Source: Patescibacteria group bacterium (lineage in GTDB: Bacteria; Patescibacteriota; Microgenomatia; UBA1400; PJMF01). Taken from it: a stretch of 64,000 bases of DNA. The position numbers and the translations under genes were made by a program. Position 1 is the first letter of the stretch. Each line of letters starts with the position of its first letter. The stretch lies in NCBI GenBank assembly GCA_041747555.1, contig JBGTEY010000009.1, positions 26,473-90,472 of the forward strand, given 5' to 3'. The notes beneath the pieces are model-generated. The model ran no database searches. It was not told where the DNA came from and saw only the letters and a list, made by a program, of their open reading frames with translations. Shown here piece by piece: positions 19,230-29,103 of this stretch.

Positions 19230-19763
19230 ACCAAATCCGAGAGTTATGCTTCCGCCAGCTTTAGCACCTCTAAAATCGATATTTGCCATGATTCCTTCTC
19301 TTTTAATATCAACGTAGCGAAATTCTGCAATATTATCCGTCGGGTTAATAATCGGTTGATCGGCGAGAACTTGAGTTAGCGTAGCCATAAAGACTAACCA
19401 ATTACTATCTTTTTTACAAAAATCGTTTGGTAAACCATACTCTTCAAGTAGCTTTGTTAACTCCTCTCGAAATTCTGGCAATACAAGAAATTCAATGTTC
19501 CCGTCTTTAGGATAGGTATCTATAGATTCATCGATCTTTTTCATTATCTCCTTTATGGGAGCTGTAATATGTCGTTTGTCTGTGTGAAGTACCCAATCAG
19601 CATGAAAGCGTACCAAGGAGTCTTTGTTTTGACGATTCTGTTCTCTCTCTCGATCAAGAAGTTTCCTTAACTCAACCATCAAGTAAACAACTTCAAACTC
19701 TTCCTTTATTTGAGGCCGTTCACTAAGAAATTTATTCAACTTTTCAACTATTTGTATCTTCAT
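19224..19763 (-). CDS. Hypothetical protein (last gene of a minus-strand operon on the island)
   Basis: ORF only; the spacing to the upstream HNH gene is about 12 bp. Confidence 0.45.
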   Translation of the reverse strand: MKIQIVEKLNKFLSERPQIKEEFEVVYLMVELRKLLDREREQNRQNKDSLVRFHADWVLHTDKRHITAPIKEIMKKIDESIDTYPKDGNIEFLVLPEFREELTKLLEEYGLPNDFCKKDSNWLVFMATLTQVLADQPIINPTDNIAEFRYVDIKREGIMANIDFRGAKAGGSITLGFGS

Positions 19764-19774
19764 AAAATTTGTAG

Positions 19775-20386
19775 TTAATACATTTCAACCATAAACATTA
19801 ACCCATCATAAAAAACATATACCCATACACTTTTTGCTCCCATATCCTTAACAAACATTCTCCACATCCTAAATACACCATTCCCTTTCTCGACATAAAA
19901 GAATTTCTGATACAACATGTCCACAATCTGCTGATTAGGGATTATGTTATTAATTTTAAATTTTGCATGAGAATAATCTATCTCTGGATTAAAATGTTTG
20001 GTAAAACCCTTAGTAAGCCTGACAAGATATTCTTTTGTTTTTTTGATTGGATAAGTCATGCCTGTTTGTTGAACTTTTATTCCATTAATTTCAGATTGAA
20101 GAGGAACGAGGCTCTTCACGGTAGCCCGTTTTAACTTGGGACTTCTTTTGAAAGAAGACCTCATTACTTTATTGTCCCAAATCCATTCACCAGATTTTGA
20201 CCTGTTAATTACGGATGATGTAAATACTCTAAATGACTCATCAATTAAACTGAATTTTTCGTTACACCCCCTACAACACCATATAGTAATGAGGTCTGTT
20301 GGCTTTGGAAAAGGAAAAAGATTCTTAGGAGGAATATGATCTTTTGTAAGATTTTCAGTTGAGCCGCATAAATAACAACTATTCAT
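19775..20386 (-). CDS. HNH endonuclease family protein
   Basis: CYLCGS...TKDHIPPK...WCCRGCN, i.e. C-x2-C, DH-x2-P, and C-x2-C-N. Confidence 0.55.
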   Translation of the reverse strand: MNSCYLCGSTENLTKDHIPPKNLFPFPKPTDLITIWCCRGCNEKFSLIDESFRVFTSSVINRSKSGEWIWDNKVMRSSFKRSPKLKRATVKSLVPLQSEINGIKVQQTGMTYPIKKTKEYLVRLTKGFTKHFNPEIDYSHAKFKINNIIPNQQIVDMLYQKFFYVEKGNGVFRMWRMFVKDMGAKSVWVYVFYDGLMFMVEMY

Positions 20387-20392
20387 AAAAAT

Positions 20393-21691
20393 TCAGCCAA
20401 TGCTTTCCCTAAGCTTCTTATAACCTTCAAACCCATCTTGGAACTTATCTGTGTAGTCAAAAGTTGTAAATGTGTAGTCCTGTACAGTACCGGTAATTAC
20501 CATTTGACGTATTTTTCTGAACCCTAGCTCCGAAAGAGCATTCTTAACTTGTTCATCGGTTGTGAATCCCCATACTGCCAAAAGAGTTCTACTGATTCTA
20601 ATCTTTGTAAGAGTGTTGTCTTTTAATCGAAATCTGGCCTCTGAATAATCTCCAGCCGTTATTATATCCCAGCTATCGAATAATACCCCGTCATTTTGTA
20701 GTAAAACTGGTGGGTGGTATGCACCGATCTCATTTGCTACAAGCTCAAAGAATGCTCCTGAGGGGACTCTTCGTTGTGTCAGTTCTCTTCTGGCAAAAAA
20801 CCTGTTTCCATTAATATCTGAGAATTCTACAAAAACGTTCAGATCTCTTATTTCTTCATTGAAAATTTGAGTAGTAGAGATAGGAAATTCAACCTCTTTT
20901 TCCTTTTGTGGATCAAGAATAAAAGGTGTTATTCCAGATCTCCACTCGAATGCAAATCCTCGTATGCCCCAAACGATATCGACCGCATTGTGAGCACTTA
21001 CGTTTTTAATGGTAAAGTAAGCAAAATGACCGTTTGGGCCACCACTGGCTCCGATATTTGGAGTAATAAAAAGTGTGGGAACTGATTGTTCCTTTTTCTC
21101 CTCAACGAACTCCACGCTTGATTGAACACCGTTCGTAGAGGCCTTTACAAGATAACCGTGCTTTGTGGTGATACTTACAACCTTCTCAATCAACTCTTGC
21201 GGTGCTTTGTCCTCAGGGTCAATGCGAATTTCGCCAGTTTGACCAACAATAAAATGGACATGCTCTCCAGATTTTTCCGAACGGTCGCCAATAATGATAT
21301 GAAAATCTTTCCCTTGATCAACGGTTCTTACCCATAAATTATCGTTTTTCAGATTCTTAATTATCCGCTCTCTCTGATCAACACTCTTGTCGTCGATTAC
21401 ATACACATCCATTTCTTCAACCCTGCGACTAATGAATGACAACATGTCTACAAGACAATTTTCAATGAGATCCTTTCTTTTTCCTGCACGCGCCCACTTT
21501 TGAAACTCTTTAAATGAGTTTTCTAATCCTTCACCCACGTCCGAAGAAAAATTCCTAAAAATCGCAATTATTCTATTGATCTTTTCAATCTGTTTGATGT
21601 CGTTTGGACTTTTAATGAAGGTGTCCATTTCAAGAGAGGAATATATCCCCCTTATCTCAGCTACATATTTTGGTTTATCCACTGCTTTCAT
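20393..21691 (-). CDS. Hypothetical protein (432 aa)
   Basis: ORF only; tightly spaced with the flanking genes. Confidence 0.45.
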   Translation of the reverse strand: MKAVDKPKYVAEIRGIYSSLEMDTFIKSPNDIKQIEKINRIIAIFRNFSSDVGEGLENSFKEFQKWARAGKRKDLIENCLVDMLSFISRRVEEMDVYVIDDKSVDQRERIIKNLKNDNLWVRTVDQGKDFHIIIGDRSEKSGEHVHFIVGQTGEIRIDPEDKAPQELIEKVVSITTKHGYLVKASTNGVQSSVEFVEEKKEQSVPTLFITPNIGASGGPNGHFAYFTIKNVSAHNAVDIVWGIRGFAFEWRSGITPFILDPQKEKEVEFPISTTQIFNEEIRDLNVFVEFSDINGNRFFARRELTQRRVPSGAFFELVANEIGAYHPPVLLQNDGVLFDSWDIITAGDYSEARFRLKDNTLTKIRISRTLLAVWGFTTDEQVKNALSELGFRKIRQMVITGTVQDYTFTTFDYTDKFQDGFEGYKKLRESIG

Positions 21692-21693
21692 AT

Positions 21694-21882
21694 TTAATTA
21701 TTTCCTTTAAGCAAATTTAATACTTCTTCCTTTTTATATTTTCTATCCATTCTCGCTCCAAACCGAACCGCTTTAAGAATGCCTTTTTTATCCCACTGCC
21801 TGAGAGTGTTGGCGTGAACTTTGAGAAGTTCACACGTTTCCTTCATGCCTAAAAGTTCTGGTATTTTTTCGTCGGTTTTCAT
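21694..21882 (-). CDS. Excisionase/MerR-type HTH DNA-binding protein
   Basis: 62-aa HTH protein (TCELLKVHANTLRQWDKKGILKAVRFG), resembling the Xis excisionase family. Confidence 0.55.
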   Translation of the reverse strand: MKTDEKIPELLGMKETCELLKVHANTLRQWDKKGILKAVRFGARMDRKYKKEEVLNLLKGNN

Positions 21883-21939
21883 TGTGTTATGACTTACTAT
21901 TTGTTACCATTAGCTTACTATAAATACCCATAAATTTCA

Positions 21940-22734
21940 ATGGAAGAAAAATACATTCTAAAAACCAAATCACATGAGGACTGGCGTAACTATCTATTAG
22001 TAAACAGCTTCTTCTTTGCAGTCCTTATCCAACATTTCAGAAAAAGACTTGAGATTCCCCCGGACGGGATTGGGTCTGCAACTGAGATCATTTTATGGGA
22101 GCGTCATAATATGCAGCAGCTTGCAGACACTTTACGCAACAAATCAAAAGGCGGAACAAAATCAGTAACACGACAGATGGAGGAATATTATGGATTAGAT
22201 TTCGTTATTCGACAAAAGTTGTTCGAGCCAATATATGAGTTAATTGAAAAGTTTCACAATTTCAATCTGAATTTTGAACTACTAAAAGTATACACATTAG
22301 GTCATACAAACATGTCGTTTCCTGGAAGTACTAAGGTTTTACTTGTAACTTCTCCGAGCGATCCAATTACTGAAACAGGAGTATATATAAAGTACACTCC
22401 TGAATTAACAAATAAAGAGCTAGCAAATTTGAAAAAACAGGCTGCGGAGGGCTACCAAACTCTTTCGAGAACTAAAGGATTTAAGATTAAGGGGAATGAA
22501 AAAAGTCGAAAAGCCCCTAAAAAAGATAGCTTAGAAGTATATTTAACTATTGAGAAATATCTTATTGAACAAAAAATATCAAAGCCTAATTCATTTAATA
22601 TTAATCCTATCTTTGAGATTGTCGCTGAAAAGTTAAAGACTAAGCCAGGTACCGTCAGAAGAAAATATTATTCAATAATTAATAACTTTCAACTCCCATC
22701 ACTCCATGAAGTAAGTCTTATTCCAACAAATTGA
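21940..22734 (+). CDS. Hypothetical protein
   Basis: ORF only. Confidence 0.4.
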   Translation: MEEKYILKTKSHEDWRNYLLVNSFFFAVLIQHFRKRLEIPPDGIGSATEIILWERHNMQQLADTLRNKSKGGTKSVTRQMEEYYGLDFVIRQKLFEPIYELIEKFHNFNLNFELLKVYTLGHTNMSFPGSTKVLLVTSPSDPITETGVYIKYTPELTNKELANLKKQAAEGYQTLSRTKGFKIKGNEKSRKAPKKDSLEVYLTIEKYLIEQKISKPNSFNINPIFEIVAEKLKTKPGTVRRKYYSIINNFQLPSLHEVSLIPTN

Positions 22735-22794
22735 CTCAACTTCTTGGAATACCTCGACCGTGACGCAACAAATACTCCTTGAGATAATGTTGGT

Positions 22795-24087
22795 ATGCAA
22801 AACATATCAATTCAAACAGTCGAAGTTCCAGTCAAAGACTTATTTCCAGCAGATTATAACCCAAGATATTGGGATGAAAAAGCTATCCGTGATCTTACAA
22901 AAAGTATTCAAGAGAATGGCTTTGTAATACCTATTCTGGCAAACAGTAATAAATCTCGATATGGGACTGTAATAGCAGGTCACTTTCGTCTCAAGATTGC
23001 AAAAGATTTAAAGTATAAAACTGTACCTGTAAATTTCATCGACATTAGCGACGTAGAGAAAGAAAAAAAGTTAAACCTAACATTAAATCGTGTCTCTGGA
23101 GATTGGGATTATGAACTCTTAAAAAGCTTTGATATTGAGTTGCTTTTGGGATCTGGATTTAACGACCTTGATTTCGGTCATATTTTCGATGACGCACTTG
23201 GAATTGAAGATGATGATTTCGATGCTGAAAAAGAAGCTGCTAAAATCAAGACTCCACGAACAAAACTAGGTGACCTGATCTATCTTGGAGGACTTAACTC
23301 CCATCGGCTCATATGTGGTGATAATAATAATCCGGAAGTCGTAGTAAGACTCATGGGTTCAGATAAAGCCAATATTCTACACTTCGATCCCATCTACAAT
23401 ATCGACCTTAATTACAACAAAGGAGTTGGTAATAAAGGGACGTATGGAAGTCGAAAGGTAAACGATAAGAAACCAGATGATGAATACAGAGCCTTTCTTA
23501 AAACTGTATTTCAAAATGGCTTAACTCATACCCATCCAGACTGTCATGTTTTTTCCTTTTGTGATCAGTCATATATTTGGATGTTGCAAGAATTGTTTGC
23601 CGAACTTGGAATAGATAAGAAGCGTGTGTGTCTGTGGATCAAAAATAATGCCAATATGACACCCCAAGTAGCTTTCAATAAATGCTTTGAGCCCTGCATA
23701 TACGGAACTAGAGGTAATCCATATCTATCTCATATTCACAACCTGAATGAAGTTCTGAATAAAGAAGTTGGTACTGGCAACAGATTAACTGACGACATCA
23801 TGGATCTTTTTGATATTTGGCTTGCAAAGCGTGTTGCTGGGCAAGACTATGAACATCCTACACAAAAGCCTCCTACCTTGTATGAAAAAGCCTTCCGCCG
23901 TTGTACCAAGGCTGGTGATATTATTCTTGATCTTTTTGGCGGTTCAGGAAGTCAGCTAATAGCGGCTGAACAACTGAAACGACGAGCCTTCTTATGTGAA
24001 ATAGATCCCGTCTTCTGTGATGTGATCGTCGCTAGATATCAGCAACTGACTGGAAAGGAGGCCACGTATGTTAATCCAAAAGAATGA
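22795..24087 (+). CDS. ParB-like nuclease domain fused to a DNA methyltransferase (N6-adenine/N4-cytosine)
   Basis: N-terminal ParB/Srx-like region (DLFPADYNPRYWDEKAIRDLTKSIQENGFVIPIL). C-terminal MTase SAM-binding region DLFGGSGSQLIAAEQLKRRAFLCEIDP. Confidence 0.65.
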   Translation: MQNISIQTVEVPVKDLFPADYNPRYWDEKAIRDLTKSIQENGFVIPILANSNKSRYGTVIAGHFRLKIAKDLKYKTVPVNFIDISDVEKEKKLNLTLNRVSGDWDYELLKSFDIELLLGSGFNDLDFGHIFDDALGIEDDDFDAEKEAAKIKTPRTKLGDLIYLGGLNSHRLICGDNNNPEVVVRLMGSDKANILHFDPIYNIDLNYNKGVGNKGTYGSRKVNDKKPDDEYRAFLKTVFQNGLTHTHPDCHVFSFCDQSYIWMLQELFAELGIDKKRVCLWIKNNANMTPQVAFNKCFEPCIYGTRGNPYLSHIHNLNEVLNKEVGTGNRLTDDIMDLFDIWLAKRVAGQDYEHPTQKPPTLYEKAFRRCTKAGDIILDLFGGSGSQLIAAEQLKRRAFLCEIDPVFCDVIVARYQQLTGKEATYVNPKE

Positions 24088-24811
24088 CATTTTTGAGTTA
24101 GGATCACACTATCTTGCCTGCGGTGATGCGCTAGACACAAAAATTGTGAACCGTCTTCTTGGTGATAGGAAAGTTTCTCTAGTTTTGACTGATATGCCGT
24201 ACGGCGTTGGATATGTAGAGAACAAGTTTGAATTTAATCACATCAGTAAGTCGAAAATTATCACGAACGACCACGAACAGACTGACCAAGAATATCGAGT
24301 GTTTACTAAAGGTTGGCTCAATTTGATAAAGCCATACTTGGCCGAAAAGAATAGCTACTATCTTTTTAATTCAGATAAGATGCTTTTTGCCATGCGGGAG
24401 GGGCTGGTTGAGGAAGGATTTAAGTTTGCCCAACTTCTTATCTGGGTTAAAAATCATGTTGTCCTTGGGAGGCTTAATTATCTTCCACAACATGAATTAA
24501 TTGCGTATGGCTGGTATGGCAGACATGCATTCCAGAAATCACAAGATAAAAGCGTCTTGTTTTATCCAAAACCAAACAAGAGCCCACTACACCCAACAAT
24601 GAAACCAGTCGGGTTGCTTCGCAACCTTATCCTAAACAGCTCAAAAACCGATGACTGGGTATATGACCCGTTTCTGGGTTCAGGATCTACTTTGGTGGCG
24701 TGTGAGCAAACCAAGCGAAGGTGTTTGGGGATAGAGCTTGATCCCGAATACTGCCAAGTCATTATTGATCGTTTTGAAAAAGTTACCAATAAAAAAGCTA
24801 AAAAACTATGA
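24068..24811 (+). CDS. DNA methyltransferase (N6-adenine/N4-cytosine, DPPY-type)
   Basis: DMPY motif (LVLTDMPYGVGY) and SAM motif DPFLGSGSTLVACEQTKRRCLGIELDP. Confidence 0.7.
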   Translation: MLIQKNDIFELGSHYLACGDALDTKIVNRLLGDRKVSLVLTDMPYGVGYVENKFEFNHISKSKIITNDHEQTDQEYRVFTKGWLNLIKPYLAEKNSYYLFNSDKMLFAMREGLVEEGFKFAQLLIWVKNHVVLGRLNYLPQHELIAYGWYGRHAFQKSQDKSVLFYPKPNKSPLHPTMKPVGLLRNLILNSSKTDDWVYDPFLGSGSTLVACEQTKRRCLGIELDPEYCQVIIDRFEKVTNKKAKKL

Positions 24812-25245
24812 ATAACAAAGATAACCAAATTACAGTCAGAGATCGTATAAAAGTTGAACAGGATCTATTGGTTGAGCAATTGAAGAAAACTCCAATCGTC
24901 CAAGTAGCCTGTGAGAAATGTGGCGTGGGTCGCTCGACCTACTATCGTTGGAGAAAAGAAGATGCGGAATTTACTCAACAGAGTGACCAGGCATTACTCG
25001 ATGGAAGCCTGTTGGTTAACGATATGGCAGAGTCACAACTGATGAGTGCTATTAAAGATAAAAACATGACGGCTATTATTTTTTGGTTAAAACACCATCA
25101 TCCTGCGTACCTTACTAAGGTCGAGATTACTTCAAGTCAAATGAAAGACCCGATGCTAACAGCAGAACAAGAAGACTCAGTCAGGAAAGCTTTGCTCATG
25201 GCAGGAATCATTAAACCAGAGGTGCAAAAAATAGAAAATGAATAA
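24808..25245 (+). CDS. Putative terminase small subunit (HTH)
   Basis: HTH segment (ACEKCGVGRSTYYRWRKED) directly upstream of the terminase large subunit, with a 4-bp overlap. Confidence 0.45.
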   Translation: MNNKDNQITVRDRIKVEQDLLVEQLKKTPIVQVACEKCGVGRSTYYRWRKEDAEFTQQSDQALLDGSLLVNDMAESQLMSAIKDKNMTAIIFWLKHHHPAYLTKVEITSSQMKDPMLTAEQEDSVRKALLMAGIIKPEVQKIENE

Positions 25246-26770
25246 CACTATATTAGATCAATTATTTGCAGATCAGTCTGTTCGGAGAGAATCAGCAAGA
25301 CAAAGCCATATTCTCTTCTTTCATATGTATTTTAGTGAGTATGTAAAATATCCAACTGCCGACTTTCAAAAGACGATTTTTAAACTTACACAGAAAAGTA
25401 ACTGTCCAGAAGTATTCATTATGGCTTTTCGTAGTTCAGGTAAAACAACCATCCTAAGTAACTCGTACCCAATCTGGGCAATTATTGGTGAGCAACAGAA
25501 AAAGTTTGTTGTTATCGTGAGTCAAACACAAAGCCAGTGTAGGCAAATCCTTAACAATATAAGGAGAGAATTAGAATCAAACGATCTTCTCAAAAAGGAT
25601 TTTGGACCATTTACTGATGGGACTGGCGAGTGGAGTTCAAGCTCACTTGAACTAACTAAATATGGTGCAAGAATTACTGCTGTATCTACTGGGGAAAGTA
25701 TACGTGGACTCAGGCATGGCCCTCATCGACCAGACCTGATAATTCTGGATGACGTAGAGGATATCAATTCGGTCAAGACATTAGATAACAGACAAAGCAT
25801 TTATCGTTGGTTTACCAGTGAAATTAAACCCCTTGGTGATATTGGAACGAGAATTGTCGTGGTTGGGAATCTCCTCCATGAGGATTCATTAATGATGAAG
25901 CTTAAAGAATATGACAATAATATTGGGCAAAATAGTGTATTTATTGAATTCCCACTTGTTGATGAGGATGGTGTAATTCTTTGGCCGCAAAAGTTTACAC
26001 AAGAAAGAATTGATGAACTGAGACGCGAAACAATTGATAGTGGTTCATTTGAGCGAGAGTACTTGCTTCAGATTGTTCCAGATGATCAGCAAATCATACA
26101 AAGATCGTGGATCAAGAAGTACAGTATTATTCTTCCAGCGAGAGAGATTCCAAGACCGAGAATGATTTTGATTGCAATTGATCTTGCTATCAAAAAGGGT
26201 GATGGGCGAGATTTTACCTCGATGGTTCCAATGTATGTAACAGGATATGATAAAACTCTCCAAGCATATGTTCTGCCTAACATAATCAATAAACAACTAG
26301 ACTTTCCTGAAACCGTTGAAGCAATTAAAAAATTACATGCGGAATTGAAAGAAACCTTTGGCATCATTCCTAGGATTTTTGTAGAAAGTGTTGGATATCA
26401 GGATGCGGTGGTACAACAATTATTTTTGGTAGAGAAACTCATGGCAGAACCAGTATCAGTTGGGCACCTCGATAAAGCTTCTCGATTGAGGCTTGTTTCT
26501 CCATATGTGCAACTTGGAAAGGTATTCTTCCCTGAATTGGGAGCCGAGCCATTGATAAATCAGTTGCTCAACATTCATTCCACTAAACATGATGATCTGG
26601 CAGATGCCTTTACTATTGGATTAAGCAAAATTATTGAAAGTGATCAGCCTTATTATTCAACCAGGATTAAGACTGAGGATAAGCCACATTATGTACTAAA
26701 TGAGATTACTGGACAATGGCACGATCTATCAAAACCATTCACAGCTGGTATGTTAGATATGAAGTATTAG
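25238..26770 (+). CDS. Phage terminase large subunit
   Basis: Walker A motif (AFRSSGKTTIL), Walker B motif (DLIILDDVED), and a C-terminal RNaseH-like nuclease half. Confidence 0.75.
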   Translation: MNNTILDQLFADQSVRRESARQSHILFFHMYFSEYVKYPTADFQKTIFKLTQKSNCPEVFIMAFRSSGKTTILSNSYPIWAIIGEQQKKFVVIVSQTQSQCRQILNNIRRELESNDLLKKDFGPFTDGTGEWSSSSLELTKYGARITAVSTGESIRGLRHGPHRPDLIILDDVEDINSVKTLDNRQSIYRWFTSEIKPLGDIGTRIVVVGNLLHEDSLMMKLKEYDNNIGQNSVFIEFPLVDEDGVILWPQKFTQERIDELRRETIDSGSFEREYLLQIVPDDQQIIQRSWIKKYSIILPAREIPRPRMILIAIDLAIKKGDGRDFTSMVPMYVTGYDKTLQAYVLPNIINKQLDFPETVEAIKKLHAELKETFGIIPRIFVESVGYQDAVVQQLFLVEKLMAEPVSVGHLDKASRLRLVSPYVQLGKVFFPELGAEPLINQLLNIHSTKHDDLADAFTIGLSKIIESDQPYYSTRIKTEDKPHYVLNEITGQWHDLSKPFTAGMLDMKY

Positions 26771-27177
26771 AGTCCTAGAATTTGTTTTTTCTTTTTATCA
26801 AACTCTTCTTGAGAAATAATACCTTTTTCTTTCAGATCAGCTAGTTTTTCAAGATCACCTACGCCGGAATTAGAATTCTGCTCAGAGGTGCCACCTAATG
26901 CTTCTTTTCTAATAAAATCCTGTGCTTGTTCAGACCAAGGTTTAGGCAACTCAACTTCAGCAAGAATAGTTCCTCGTCCATTTACTTTAATAATATTTTT
27001 ACCCATTCCACCTTTATCAAGACTGACACTTTCGATATCTTTTCTGAGTACCCTGAAAGACTTTCCATACATGCTTTGGTAGGAAACATAGTCGTCATTA
27101 GCGGTAAATTTATAACCACCTAAAGCAAAAGAAAGCTTTCTATCAGTTTTATTTCCGAATAATCCCATTTTGTTCAC
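26767..27177 (-). CDS. SHOCT-domain protein with N-terminal PH-like domain
   Basis: C-terminal LEKLADLKEKGIISQEEFDKKKKQIL is a SHOCT domain. Confidence 0.55.
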   Translation of the reverse strand: MNKMGLFGNKTDRKLSFALGGYKFTANDDYVSYQSMYGKSFRVLRKDIESVSLDKGGMGKNIIKVNGRGTILAEVELPKPWSEQAQDFIRKEALGGTSEQNSNSGVGDLEKLADLKEKGIISQEEFDKKKKQILGL

Positions 27178-27257
27178 CTCCAGTCACAAGTTAATTGCTT
27201 AGTCTAACTTAGCATAAAATATGCCTGTTTTCAAGGCTAACTGCTAAGTGTGGCATT

Positions 27258-27506
27258 GTGGATAACCCAAGCATCTCTTTAGAGAATAAGAGTATGCGAA
27301 AAAATGCAAAGCTGCCTAAGCTTTTGGGCAAGCGAATACAGAAACGCCGAAAGGAAATTGGCTTAAGCCAAGAGAAGCTCGGTGACAAGATCGGTATTAG
27401 CCGTGCGTACATGGGCTACATCGAACAGGGTCGATATGGACCCTCTTTAGAGGTTTTGGAGAAAATTGCCAAAGCCATCGGTATTCCACTGAAACAACTA
27501 TTCTAA
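27258..27506 (+). CDS. XRE-family HTH transcriptional regulator
   Basis: RRKEIGLSQEKLGDKIGISRAYMGYIEQGRYGPSLEVLEKIAKAIG. Confidence 0.7.
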   Translation: MDNPSISLENKSMRKNAKLPKLLGKRIQKRRKEIGLSQEKLGDKIGISRAYMGYIEQGRYGPSLEVLEKIAKAIGIPLKQLF

Positions 27507-27714
27507 TCCTGATTTGTCCTTATAGTATCTTCAGCCTGGACTTCCAGAATAATTGGGGTATCTTGTGTTTTGACAATGCTAGCTAGAAATAAGTACAAAA
27601 TAATAACTCTTGCACTAGACGCAAAAATATTTCTATAAATATCTCCTTAAACACGTAAATCTTAACAACGAAGCACAAAGTCAAAAAGGAGTGTAAAAAA
27701 TAAACACTTGCAAA

Positions 27715-27729
27715 CGCAACTAAGTTGCG
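27715..27729. promoter_or_regulatory. 15-bp palindrome (CGCAACT-A-AGTTGCG), candidate operator upstream of the Fur-family regulator start
   Basis: Perfect 7-1-7 inverted repeat about 15 bp upstream of the likely ATG at 27744. It lies inside the TTG-initiated long version of the ORF. Confidence 0.35.
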
Positions 27730-27743
27730 GTAACATATGGTCT

Positions 27744-28148
27744 ATGAAACAGGCCAGTGTCGATAAATTACTAAAAGAGAGCAACCTCAAGAACACAAAA
27801 GTTCGCAGGGAAATTTTTCAGATATTTGGAGATACGGATAACCCCATAGATGCCTTAGAGTTTACGGAAAAAATTAAGGTCAACAAGACCAGCATTTACA
27901 GAGAATTGAAGATTTTACTTGCTAAAGGTCTTATTTTAGAAATCGATTTTGGCGATGGAAAGAAACGATACGAGCTATCCTCTCTAGATCACCACCACCA
28001 CCTTATCTGCACGAGCTGTAAGTCAGTCAGTGATGTTCAACTTAAACAGGACTTGTCTTCAGAAGAAGAACGTATAGAAAAAGAAGAGTCATTCAAGGTT
28101 CAACGGCACAACCTTGAGTTTTTTGGATTATGTGCCGGTTGTAGATAA
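27744..28148 (+). CDS. Fur-family metalloregulator (Zur/Nur-like); alternative TTG start at 27708
   Basis: HHHHLICTSC motif and a C-terminal CAGC (two CxxC pairs), plus a winged-helix N-terminus. It is the first gene of a translationally coupled six-gene operon ending in a COG0523 GTPase. Confidence 0.65.
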   Translation: MKQASVDKLLKESNLKNTKVRREIFQIFGDTDNPIDALEFTEKIKVNKTSIYRELKILLAKGLILEIDFGDGKKRYELSSLDHHHHLICTSCKSVSDVQLKQDLSSEEERIEKEESFKVQRHNLEFFGLCAGCR

Positions 28149-28152
28149 ATTT

Positions 28153-29100
28153 ATGAGAATAGCATTTGTTGGAAAAGGTGGAGCAGGTAAAAGTACTTTC
28201 TCTACTTTGTTTTTTCTAAACCTAATCAAACAAAACAAAAAGGCCATGTGCTTTGACGCTGACTTAAATATTCATGTTCCAAAATTATTAGGAATGGACT
28301 TTCCTGAGAAAAAATCTCTCTCTTCAAATGAAAACACGAAGAAAATAAGAAAATACTTAATTGGCAAGAGCAAGAAAATACAAAGCGTTGACCATTTTTA
28401 TAAAACAACTCCACCTTCAAAGGGGGTTAATTTATTCGAAATACATCCAGATAATGAAGTCATCATAGAGTTTGCTGAACCATATAAAGACGGCTATGTG
28501 GCAGTAGTAGGAACTTATGAGGAAGGTGAAATTGGAAGAAGCTGCTATCACACCAACCTCTCAGTCTTAGAAAATTTACTTACGTTTGCAAAATTAAGCG
28601 ATGACGACTGGATTGTCACAGACATGGTAGCTGGAATCGATGCATTTTCTAACACACTTCATAAACAATTTGATGCACTTTTTTTGATAGTTGAGCCGAC
28701 ACAAGAAAGCATCACAGTTTACGACCAGTATTTGAAGCTTGCCAAGCATGCAGGTATTAATGATCGATTATTTGTCATTGGTAACAAAATAGAAGATAAA
28801 GAAGACGAAAAATTTATAGCCTCAAATATTCCAGCAGATAAATACTTAGGATCACTTAAGAAAAGTCCTGAGCTTAAAAAACTCAGGCAGCAAGGTTCGC
28901 CTCTAAACACAGATATCCTTTCTTCCCTTGACCAGCCATTATTTGAAAAATTAGTCGAACTCAGTAAAAAACTTCGCAAAGATCCTAATGATAGATTGAA
29001 AGAACTATATCAATTGCACCTGAAGTATATTGATCAAGATTACGTCAAAAACGCTGTTGGAGATCTCTCAGGTCAAATCGATAAGGAGTTCCAACTTTAG
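28153..29100 (+). CDS. MinD/ParA-superfamily ATPase, CooC-like (metallocentre-insertion type)
   Basis: Deviant Walker A motif (AFVGKGGAGKSTFS). The likely start MRIAFVG lies 4 nt after the Fur stop; the track ORF begins at 28114. Confidence 0.6.
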   Translation: MRIAFVGKGGAGKSTFSTLFFLNLIKQNKKAMCFDADLNIHVPKLLGMDFPEKKSLSSNENTKKIRKYLIGKSKKIQSVDHFYKTTPPSKGVNLFEIHPDNEVIIEFAEPYKDGYVAVVGTYEEGEIGRSCYHTNLSVLENLLTFAKLSDDDWIVTDMVAGIDAFSNTLHKQFDALFLIVEPTQESITVYDQYLKLAKHAGINDRLFVIGNKIEDKEDEKFIASNIPADKYLGSLKKSPELKKLRQQGSPLNTDILSSLDQPLFEKLVELSKKLRKDPNDRLKELYQLHLKYIDQDYVKNAVGDLSGQIDKEFQL

Positions 29101-29103
29101 CGT

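Noticed and set aside
27178-27257. Possible operator repeats (cttag...cttag) in the divergent SHOCT/XRE intergenic region
   Set aside because: Only short imperfect direct repeats by eye and no clear palindrome. The evidence is insufficient to call a site.
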